Shown one piece after another: positions 1-10,510 of a DNA stretch of 64,000 nucleotides. Source of the stretch: Adineta vaga (taxonomy: Eukaryota; Animalia; Rotifera); NCBI GenBank assembly GCA_021613535.1, contig CP075494.1:6758001-6822000 (forward strand), read 5' to 3'. The translations under genes and the position numbers were made by a program. The stretch's first letter is position 1; each line of letters begins with the position of its first letter. The notes below the pieces were generated by a model, which saw only the letters and a program-made list of their open reading frames with translations, made no database searches and was not told where the DNA came from.

Positions 1-13
1 TCTTTCTATATAC

Positions 14-108
14 CTTGCTTTTCCAATATCTTCAAGTTCGAAAGATTCTAATGCTTCGACAAATGCATCAACTTCTGTTGAAAGTAAAACAATTTGATCA
101 TCACTCAT
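14..108 (-). CDS. ZMYND10: First coding exon of a ZMYND10/BLU-like dynein assembly factor (gene continues off the window start)
   Basis: ATG at 108 gives MSDDQIVLLSTEVDAFVEALESFELEDIGKA, then a GT donor at 13. Resembles the ZMYND10 N-terminus ([23 protein letters not shown]). Only 31 codons are visible. Confidence 0.6.
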
Positions 109-230
109 CTAGAATATGTATTTATAAGCAGGAACAGAAAAGAAATAACATAAAAATATTTTATGTTTAGCACCGAACATTTTTGCACATGATACAAAGC
201 TAAAAGAGTATAAATGTAAAGATTCTATTT

Positions 231-973
231 TCATATAGATGAAATGGGATTTTGTTTATCATCTTGATTTTTTGTTTCATCAATTTCTTTTGTTTGACGT
301 AGTTCTTTTTCATAGCGAATTAATTGAAGTAAAAAAGATAAATTTGGGGCAGCTATACGACGTCGTTCCAATAAATAATCATATGCTTTATACAATGAAT
401 CATGGTGATATCTATACATATAAATAAAATCAAAAATCTATTGAAATGGAAAATTAACACACTCTCTTACTTCATTAAATATGCGAGAATGATCGATGAT
501 GATCGAGATATACCCATTTGACAATGAACTAAGACTTTTTCATTTTTTTGTTTACAATTATATAAAAATTCATTTGTACGATCGAAATGTTTTTTAATAT
601 CAGCTTGTAAGTCATCATATAGATTTATCCATAGAACATTAAATTTCTCGACAATGATTTGATCTAATGCACAATCACATATATTAATAATATGTTGAAT
701 ACCAAGTTGATTTAATAGACCAATATTTGATGCATGACCTAAATCACCATGATAGAGAAAATTGTCAATTACAACTGAAGGAAAACCAAGAGAACTTCGA
801 CCAATTTCTTTTGTTTGATTTTTTTTAATTCGAAGATCTAACATAGATTTGAGATAAGCTAGTTCTTCATCCGTTGCTTTCGGAGATTTTCGTAGATAAT
901 CTTCCATGAAATTCAGAGCTGAACCTAAGATCCATGTTTGTGATTGTTGACTATTAGGTAAAGTACTTGCCAT
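231..973 (-). CDS. Atypical dual-specificity protein phosphatase (2 coding exons)
   Basis: Catalytic VHCQMGISRS (HCxxGxxRS) and AYLMK, then an ~59-nt intron (470-412), then RRRIAAPNLSFLLQLIRYE, the typical DUSP C-terminal motif. Confidence 0.92.
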
Positions 974-2689
974 TGGTTGAGATTTATTTTTCGACTTGAT
1001 AGAACCCGTTTTGATAATTTTATGTGCTATTACGATCTAAAAAATGAATGTAGATATTTAAATATTCGATAGATTAGACAGATCTCTGGTTTTAGTTTTA
1101 TAATCCATACAATCGTTGTGTACAGAAGATTTAATGTATGTTAATTCTAAGCAAAAAAACAAATATAATCATCAATTATTATCGATATTCTTCTTGACAA
1201 CGACAGAATGAAGTAGAGACGTATATATGTAACGTAGTAATAGAACCAATTAATGAACAGGAATTCTCCAGATGTCATAAGTAGTCGTTCGATGTATATT
1301 TTTACAAACTCATACAGCAATACAGCTACACATAGTTCTTATCAGATATAATATTCGAAAAATGACAATCAAGTTAAAGGAAATGAAATAACATCGATTT
1401 TACCTTCGAACATTCACATAAACCAATAAGAATAATTTATGTGACAGTTTTTCATCAGTCTTTGATTTGATGGCTACAATTTTCCTCTGTCTGGGGGTTT
1501 TTCATTTCAGTTTCTATGTACGTTCCTTATATTTCTTTTGTCTGAGCACATTTCACCGTACAGAGTCAAAGTTTAAAACACGTTCGTAACAAGTGAGTCG
1601 GCTTATGATTTATAATTTTACACAACAAAAAACCACGTTCAACAAACTATTTATTAACAGTTATCTATATTCAAAGTGATGTTGAAGAGTAATCTAGACC
1701 ACAAGACATTTCTTAATTAACTTTGTTCATTTCATGTTTGAAGATATAAACTTCACGAAATTTACAACAGATAGATTGTACACAGTGAAGATCGTTGTGT
1801 ATCAGATATAGAAATTAGAACTATCGATGATTCGTTGTAGTCAAGTATCACATGGCGGGAAACGCTAAGGATTTAACAACAGTTTCATTAGAGTCGTCTT
1901 TCGATCGATTAAAAGTTGTATATAGTGAAGAGAGTATCCATAAGTGTGATGAGCTACCTGCAGCTTCAATTAATGTCACAAACTCCAATTTCTTTATGAA
2001 AGTCAGTTGAAATGCATGACAAGGAAGCAATCAGAAACCAAATTTGATGAGTTTTCATTTATTTTTTGACAGCTTGGCGAGGCAAAAGCATGGAAGTTTA
2101 TACTTAGACGTGTAATAATACATATTTTATCGTTGGAAAAAAGACGTTATATTGAGAAAAATTTTGTAAAGAACTTATTCAGACGAGTGTTCTTTTTCAC
2201 TGAAGAAAATAATATTTTACGTGTTAAAATTTGTAGTTTAACTGAAATATTCTACTGGAAAGTTATTTTAAAATAATAAAACTTTTTATAGCATAGCAAC
2301 ATCAAATAAGGTGAGTTACTATTATTTGAAGTCGTCTTCGATACGGTTTCTCTCCCTCTCGTAGTTAAAACAACCATATTGTCCCTCAGAAGACGTCAAA
2401 GAACTGACATTTATCTCCACTAAGAGTGTCTGCGGAAAAAATTTAAGAATTACAAAAATTACGTACTATTTTTTTAATATTCATCATCGCTCTAAAAGTA
2501 GTCTTGAGTTTCAGCTAAAAACTCTCAAACTTGAATTTCAATGAGATGGATTGAGAAAAAAATTTACATCAGACCAATTAAGCCACTGATTCTATTGGTA
2601 ATTCTTTCTGTTTGAAATCTGATAGTTTCTTGAGTTATCGTCATAGCTAACCAGAAATACAAAGATATTTTATTATTATAGATATAGAT

Positions 2690-4928
2690 ATGTTAAGCGA
2701 CACATTAAATTCTCCTGAATCTCGGCGTCTACTCAAGATTATTGATGATATGAGAGAAATTTTACATCATGAAAAAATTCCACTGCCTCATATTGTTGTA
2801 GTTGGAGATCAATCTGTAAGTATTTTTCAGATTGTTTGGTAAGATAGTTTTTCTTATTGTATATGTTTTTTTCAAGGTTGGAAAGTCGTCGGTTTTGGAA
2901 GCATTGAGTGGAGTACAACTTCCACGAGCACAAAATATTTGTACTCGTTGTCCATTTGAATTGCGAATGAAACATATTCCGTTCAGTCTCGATGAATATG
3001 CTACAATCAGATGCGATGGAGTATCAGAAATTAAAATCAATGATTTTTCAGAAATTGCTAATGCAGTGACAAATTGTACAAATAAACTGGCTGGATTAGA
3101 ACACGGTGTATCTTCATCGCCGATCTATCTGACTGTTTATAAGAACAATATTCAATAAGATTTGACTCTTGTCGATTTACCAGGTAGGATGTTTCATATT
3201 CATCTGGATCCTTGTTTCTCATGTGAACGTATAGGAATTACAAGAAATCCTGTAGGTGGACAAGCCGAAGATATTTATCAACAAATAATCAATCTCATCG
3301 AACACTACATTGAACCGAAAACAGCTGTTGTTCTTCATGTTATTCCTTCTTTGGTTGATTTTACAACTTCGGAATCAATTCAACTTGCTAAAAAATCTGA
3401 TCCCGAATGTAAAATCTTCTTATTTCTTGTTAATTTACACATTCTTGTTCGAACATATGTATTTTTAGGTGAACGACAATTGATTGCTGTTTCAAAAATT
3501 GATAAATTTGATAAAGGTATCGGTGAAAAACTACAAGGTGTAGGTGCAGGTGCTATGGCACTTAAACTCGGATGCGTTGCTGTTCTCAATCGTACACAAG
3601 AAGAAATTGATCAAAATATATCATTTAGTGAAATGCGTTGTCGAGAAAAACAATTTTTTCGTACACAGAAAGCTTTTGAAAATGTTCCTGAACGATATTT
3701 AGGTAGTGATCAATTAGTTCGACAATTAGCTCACATTCAACAGGATCGTATTCGTTCCACACTTCCTGCTATCATGGATGAATTGAAGAAACAAATTAAA
3801 ACAAAGAAAATCGAATTGAAAAATATGCCACCATCGGTTACAACAGAAATTGAATGTTGGACAATTTACAATGATTTAGTTAGAAGATATCGAGATACTA
3901 TATATGCACGAGTGAATGGGATATATGATAATGATCTACAGATGAAAATGTTTGATCTACAGGGCAAACGTTCTGGTACAACAACAACAACAACAGCAAT
4001 TTGGTCGCAATCAAAAGATGAAATGGCTAATGATCATATTGCTTTTCAAATACACAAACAACAGAAACAATGTGGTGAACAATTTCATGAATTATTCTCT
4101 CATTTCTTTACACGAGAATATCGAAAAATGGTTTTAGAACTTCTAGAAGAAAATGCCGGAGTTGCTCTACCAAATTTTCCATCATTTACTATCATTGAAC
4201 GACTTTATCGTGGAGAACAATCGAAATTTGATGGTCCATGTGAAAAATTAATTGAATCTTGTAGTGAATATTGCAAGGAAGTTTTAATTAAACTATTAAA
4301 TCAAGCATTCGCTAATGAAACAAATTATAAAAATAAAATGTTACCAAAGTTAACTGATATTGTCTTACGTGCATTGGATGAAAGTGAAGAAAAGTGCAAT
4401 ATTGATTTGCAAAAGATACTTTGTATGGAACAACGTGTCTTTACTCTCAACCATTACTATATGGATACGGTAAATAAAATCAAGAATGAATTTCAGAAAT
4501 ATAATGAAAATATTAAAACGAGTAAGACATATTTCTATCCATTTAATATTTCATCGATGTAAGAATAATCAATCTTTTCAGATGGAGGAAAACCTACATC
4601 ATCATCAACATTATTCGTCAATGATATAGTCGTCGATGTCAATGGTCTTTCTAATGAACATCAAGCAGCGGTAGATGTTCAAATTGCAATTGCTGCTTAT
4701 TGTCGTGTGGTAGAAAAATGTCTTATTGATCATGTTTCTCAATTATGTTATTACTATTTCATAACTCAATGTGCTCTTGTTCTTGATTCGAAACTTAGTT
4801 CAGCATTTACATCAGCTATGTTATTTGAATGGATGCAAGAGCCATTCAGCCAACAACAAATTCGTGAGAATTTAAAGAGAAGTATTGATGCAATGGAACG
4901 AGCATTGGCTATGGGACAAACTGCATAA
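2690..4928 (+). pseudogene. Mx/DRP4-like dynamin-family GTPase with an in-frame TAA (null allele, young pseudogene or base error)
   Basis: ATG 2690. G1 GDQSVGKS, TRCP, DLPG, SKID, middle domain and GED, no PH domain. Introns ~2816-2876, 3184-3234, 3409-3468, 4522-4581. TAA at 3156-3158 sits in frame between NNIQ and DLTLVDLPG. Confidence 0.85.
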
Positions 4929-5473
4929 GATTATTCAAAAACTTGACTTACTCATAAATACTTAATTCATGTTTTTGAGTTTTTTCTTTTCAATAAAATG
5001 TCATATTTTAATGAGACAGCTGTGTTTACATCGTTGAAAGAAAAACGGCAGTTGGTAATGTTAAGAATTATTTTTGTAATGAAACTCATGTTTTTTGGCA
5101 AGTTTCATTACCTGACGAATGTGAATCAAAACACTTCTAATGTTTCTTTTATTAAAATTATAAGTTAAAACTTATTTTTCTTTCATTTACATATTTCATC
5201 CCAAAGATCTTTTCTATGATTACATCATATATCCACTTAAACGTTTCCTTGTTCTTGTACGCATATCATTAATTTATGTATAAGTGATGAACAATATGTA
5301 TCATTTCTAAGGCGTGTTAATGATGATGGAGGAGAATAATGATATTACATACAATGATAGTAGTGCAATTTTTCTCTTCTTCCAAGTTCAAGGCTTGTCA
5401 AGTGTCTTGAAGGTCCACTTTAGTTTCTTTTTTTTCTTTCAATTGATTTGTCTTGTCATATAAACTAGGCGAT

Positions 5474-5496
5474 AGAAGAAGAAGAAGAAGAAGAAA
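5474..5496 (+). repeat. (GAA)n microsatellite
   Basis: About 7 tandem GAA units. Confidence 0.8.
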
Positions 5497-6408
5497 AAAA
5501 TTGTAGAAGAAAAAGAAATGCATACATTAATGTTCTCATATAGAAGTAAATCATTTTCTTTTTTTTTTATTATTTCACATAAATGTTATTTCTCTTGCAC
5601 TTACAATCACATATATAATATAGGTAATAAAAAATCATTCATAGATGGCCTTTTTTCTCAATGGAATTAGGAGTAAACCTACCAGATAACCTTTTGTCTT
5701 TTTTCAAATGTCCAATTATTCTGATAGTCATGAGATTATTGGAAAAAAGCGATTTTTGAATGAACCACCGCATTCAATTGATATATTTTCTTACTGAGAG
5801 TTCGTGTCGTTTGAAATTAATAACATTAAGAATTTCTAAAGATCTAGAAGTGAATTAATCATCAACGTGTAATTCCCATAACACTTGCAAATTAAATTAT
5901 ATTTATATCTCAGGTTGAGTATCTTGTTCTCAGAATCGAGGTTGAATATTAAAGGAGGGCACGAACAAATAACATTTATTTTTTTCATTTATTTCTTCTT
6001 TTTCAGATGTAAAATGTACAATATATATCTACATACATAGCAAAAAGAAAGAACGAAGTATAGTGTGCAAATTGGTGCAAATTTCATTCGTCTTCGTCAA
6101 ATGATCATAATTGCAAATCAGATAAGGTTTCATTTGACAATGGCAATTGATATATATATATATATATTCATTTTAAATAATAACAAGTCATAAATAATAA
6201 GACATCACGTAGAATGAATTTGTTTTTTTTTCCTGATTGATTGTGATCAAGGTTTAGAAATGATATCGACATATATAAGAAATCGCTATCTTGTCTCATA
6301 TGGGAACACTTGGTATTGCTATTAGGTCAAAATCGAGATGTTTTCTTTTCTTCATCTGTCTTTTCTAGATAGAAACATATCATTGATATAGATATGTATA
6401 TAGGCAAA

Positions 6409-7458
6409 ATGGACGACGAGGAATTAATCATGACGATCAGTTTATCATATCTGATTGTCAATCTCCTTCTTCATATGATATTTTTTACTACTATTCTATT
6501 CGATTCGAAATGGAACTTTCTCAAACATTGGTTGAAACAATCAAAAGAAAAGACGATGAATACAAGTTAGTTCTTGCTCTTCTAATTCATACATATGTTA
6601 ACTGATATTCTAGATGAAATATCATCAAATATTGATGAACATTCTTCATGTTCTTCATTAACATCAGAAGATAGTCTTGAAAGCAAACAAATTTTAACTC
6701 ATACAATACGTTCATTTAGTCTTCTACTATGTACATGTTTATTTCTAACAAATTGGTTATGTTTAGGTTTGATTTATTTCTTTCCTAAACTTTATCCAGA
6801 TTTCATTAGAACATCAACAAAATTTTGTACATTACAAAGTTTTTTTCTTCATATTTTCACACTTTTTCATTTACATTTAACGATTGGTTTACGTCTATTT
6901 TGGCATTTTTGTTTTACATTTGAAAACTATTGGCAAACGATAACTTATCGACGAATTTTATATCTACTTCTATTTGTTTTTATATGTTTATGTTTATTTA
7001 CTCTACCAAGTATGAGTAATGAATGGGCATCGATTATTTTTGATAAAATTTTACAAATTTGTCTTGTGAATTATACATTTAATTATTCGTACACATTTTT
7101 TGTATTAACACTTACGTGTTTAATCCCATTTATTATCTTAATCATCTCACATCGACGTCATATGAAAGAAATTAATCATCGACTAACGAAAAATCTATTG
7201 ATTATGGATGATCCAAATCTTCGACATGAAAAAACACGTTTTCAATATTCATCTTATGCCATTCTGATTTGGTCATTTTTCATTATGTTATTAACAATAT
7301 CTCTTCATATTCCCCTAGCAAATATACAAATTCGAACCATTGTTTTTTATACACAATTAATTACATTTCTTATTGATCCGATTCTTTATATATTTGTTTT
7401 TCGTTCATTATCTATAATTAGTTTATTACGACCGATCAATGGAGCTTATTTTGTATAA
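6409..7458 (+). CDS. Divergent rhodopsin-like 7TM receptor
   Basis: Exon 1 6409-6565 (hydrophobic TM1) splices in phase over a 48-nt intron to 6614-7458. Several TM helices, Cys at the top of TM3 (KFCTLQ), extracellular loop Cys (ICLV) and DPILY (NPxxY-like) in the last helix. Confidence 0.7.
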
Positions 7459-7528
7459 AAAAATTAAGAAGAAATTTTGCTTGATTAAAAAATTTTTTAT
7501 AATAAATAATCATATGTCTGTGTTCTAT

Positions 7529-8632
7529 TTAATAAATAAATGGTATCATACGAAATTTGGATATTTGACAATAACGATTCCATGTTTTATCACCATATTT
7601 CTTTCGACAACGTTGATCATCTCGACTAGCTCGTTGAGATAAAAGAATTAACAATGAAAATGGTAATATATATGGTACAAATGATGTTGTACCGGCACAT
7701 AATGCAATCGATAAATAGAGAAGAATTTCACCGGTATAATTTAAATGACGACCAATACCCCAAAAGCCAGATATGAGAAGTCTTCCTTCGAGAAGTTCCG
7801 CTTTTTTCCCCCAAATCTTCACTCCTGAACCATATTTTCGTACATCAAATTTTTGCCAATTAGATTCTCGAAATATATAATGACCAACGAAATGAAGAAC
7901 TAATGTACACGCTACCCATACTATTGATAATGGTTGATGATGATTGTTGGCAACAAACCATCCTGCTATACTATAAAGAAATGGAACATAAATCATATCA
8001 CCCCAAACAAGCATAAAACCAAAATGATCTTCAATGATATCAAATGTCCATAACATGAAATCTTCACGAATGTAATGTGTTAAAAGATAAAGATACCAAA
8101 ATATTTGATAACAAATCATACCGGGTGTTAATCCACCATAATAAGTTATTTGAGCTTCAGCTAAACTTATATTAATTAATGCTAATCCTAGAAGACTTGG
8201 TTGATAGAAGAAAACTTTTAGATCAACTCCAAATAGCATCGGATCTTTTTCTCGACCATGCCAATAATCAATTGGACGATTGGCATTAGGTGCAGCTTGA
8301 ACAGCTTCTGATCGTTTGAGTAGATAGAGACTAAATAGAATTGCGAAGATATTGATGACAATAAAGAATGATATATAATTTTCGATGATGAATAATAAGG
8401 AAAGTTTCTGTGTATAGTAACCAATAGGAATTAAAACTGTTAATATCAAATATATGAGAAGACCAGTCAATTGATATGTTTTCTTTGGACTTTTTGCTTC
8501 GATACTTGGAAGAAATCTTGATGCAAGAAAAAGACAAACGATATAACTGAGAAAATAACCAGATACTTTGATAATTCCATCAATAGACGGTGCTTCAACA
8601 TGATTCCAGACTGATTTCGTTTCTACAGACAT
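7529..8632 (-). CDS. ERG4/ERG24-family sterol reductase (delta-14 type), intronless
   Basis: Family motifs DIIEDHFGFMLVWGD, LLISGFWGIGRHLNYTGE, RASRDDQRCRKKYG and C-terminal MIPFIY. Single 367-aa ORF. Confidence 0.93.
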   Translation of the reverse strand: MSVETKSVWNHVEAPSIDGIIKVSGYFLSYIVCLFLASRFLPSIEAKSPKKTYQLTGLLIYLILTVLIPIGYYTQKLSLLFIIENYISFFIVINIFAILFSLYLLKRSEAVQAAPNANRPIDYWHGREKDPMLFGVDLKVFFYQPSLLGLALINISLAEAQITYYGGLTPGMICYQIFWYLYLLTHYIREDFMLWTFDIIEDHFGFMLVWGDMIYVPFLYSIAGWFVANNHHQPLSIVWVACTLVLHFVGHYIFRESNWQKFDVRKYGSGVKIWGKKAELLEGRLLISGFWGIGRHLNYTGEILLYLSIALCAGTTSFVPYILPFSLLILLSQRASRDDQRCRKKYGDKTWNRYCQISKFRMIPFIY

Positions 8633-8753
8633 CTTTCTTTCTTTTTTTTCTTTCTATTATCTAAAAGATAAAATCACTACAAACTCAATATACAATCAAA
8701 CAAAGAGATATAGAGACAAAAAACAAATGAATGATATGTTCGATGAAGAGAAT

Positions 8754-10049
8754 TTATTTTTTCATTCTACTGAGTTTTTTTACAGTTGCCATGCTTATTC
8801 GTGGTTTTCGAGCATGTTTTTGTACTGATTCTATTGGATTAGTTGATAATGCTCCAGATTTGGTTCTTTCACTTTCATTTCGAGCATTTATAGTATTTAA
8901 ACGTTCAAGAAATTCATGAGATAATTCAGTAGTTAACGGTGGATGAATACTTTCTCGATAGGAACGTGATCGTAAGATTTGTAATTGATCGAACATTTTC
9001 GGAACATTCTCACGCCAAGATGTTGTTGATGCTGAATGAAAAGCATCAGTTGTACAATCAAATGTTGATGTTGATTGAAATATTTCACTAGTACTTGAAA
9101 AGATTGATGGAGCGAAATCTGCACGATTTTTTGCTTGTTTAACAAGTGTTTGATCCAGATGTTGATTACGTTTAAATAACATTGTACGCGATTCAGGTGG
9201 ATCAATTAATTTTGCAGATGCACAACGATCAATTTTATGTTTCAATTCAGATGTACTTTCACGACGTTGACGTACATTTGTTGAACTTGATATGAAATAC
9301 GGAAGAGATATGACTGATCCATCGGAATATGAAGACGATGTCAATGGTCGGATACGATCCGAAATTGACAAACTTCGATGAATAGTTTTTGGTTTTATGG
9401 ATATTTTCGATAAATTTGCACGTTCTTGTAATGTCATTTCATTTCGTAAAAGATTTTGACAAGGTTTAAAATCGAATTGACATGCGATATCATAAGCAGT
9501 TAGACCAGCATGATTTTTAATGGTTAAATCAACTGAATAACGTCTCATTGCATTGAGAACTGCTTGAACAATATTTGTATGTCCTGTTGAACATGCATAA
9601 TGTAAACATGTATTGCCATGAATATCAATTGAATGATTAAAATCGAAATCAATTGAATTAAGATAGAGATGAATAAGAATAGATCGTTGGGTTATGATGG
9701 CATAATGTAACGCATTAAGTCCACGATGATCTTGATCAGCAATTTGAGCACCCTTCTCAAGTAAGGTCATAGCTGTTGTTTTTGCCCAACAGTCATCATC
9801 GATAAAACAGCAATAGATTAGACCAGTTCGACCTTCACAATCGCGTTCTCGTACATCACCTATACCTGATTCAAGTAAATAACGAATCAAACAAAAGTAA
9901 CCTTTTCCAAGGCAATAAAGAAGAGAACGTTGAGCCGGACCACGTTCTAATTTCGTTCTACTTGATGATGTAAGATCACCACTAGATGTTGGTCTCGAAC
10001 GAAGTGAATAAGTTTTAGATATGGATACGAAAGGATAGATTTCATCCAT
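8754..10049 (-). CDS. Ankyrin-repeat protein with long Ser-rich tail (ANKRD34/63-like architecture)
   Basis: Repeats GRTGLIYCC, GLNALHYA, GNTCLHYAC, GLTAYDIA. Single 431-aa ORF. Confidence 0.85.
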   Translation of the reverse strand: MDEIYPFVSISKTYSLRSRPTSSGDLTSSSRTKLERGPAQRSLLYCLGKGYFCLIRYLLESGIGDVRERDCEGRTGLIYCCFIDDDCWAKTTAMTLLEKGAQIADQDHRGLNALHYAIITQRSILIHLYLNSIDFDFNHSIDIHGNTCLHYACSTGHTNIVQAVLNAMRRYSVDLTIKNHAGLTAYDIACQFDFKPCQNLLRNEMTLQERANLSKISIKPKTIHRSLSISDRIRPLTSSSYSDGSVISLPYFISSSTNVRQRRESTSELKHKIDRCASAKLIDPPESRTMLFKRNQHLDQTLVKQAKNRADFAPSIFSSTSEIFQSTSTFDCTTDAFHSASTTSWRENVPKMFDQLQILRSRSYRESIHPPLTTELSHEFLERLNTINARNESERTKSGALSTNPIESVQKHARKPRISMATVKKLSRMKK

Positions 10050-10510
10050 AATTTAAAAAAGAAAAAGGTAGAAGAAAAAAAGGCAAACAGGCTATGTTGA
10101 TGTTTCTCACCTTCTAATTCACTTAAACTCTCTACTTTTGACTATGAAATTAATAGGAGAAAATTGAAAAGAGAATGAGTGAGAGAGAGGGAGAGAAAAG
10201 AAATCAGGAGGGGGTGACAATAAGTGTTTGTTTCATTGAGTGTTGACTGCTGTTTCTAACAAATAAGGGATGAAAATGAAAAAAAAGGAGAAATTGTTCA
10301 AGATGGTAATGGAAATATTGATGAGAGAGAATGAAGAAAATGATATTTGGAGCTTTTTTTAATTTATGGTTTTATTTTATGTTTTCTTCATAGTTTTCCT
10401 ATGAAATCGAAACAAAAAAAAACAACAAAAACGATGATTCTATTACAGATGGTTATGAATTGTTGATTTTTTTTTGTTTTTACTTTTCTTTTGTTTCATT
10501 GATATTTTTC

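Noticed and set aside
1848-2030. Short ORFs on both strands upstream of the Mx-like gene
   Set aside because: No recognisable motif or exon partners.
3156-3158. Alternative genetic code (TAA = Gln) to explain the Mx stop
   Set aside because: TAA is the normal terminator of many genes here (RPL6, DNAJC22, FRRS1, ABCD4 and the Mx-like gene itself).
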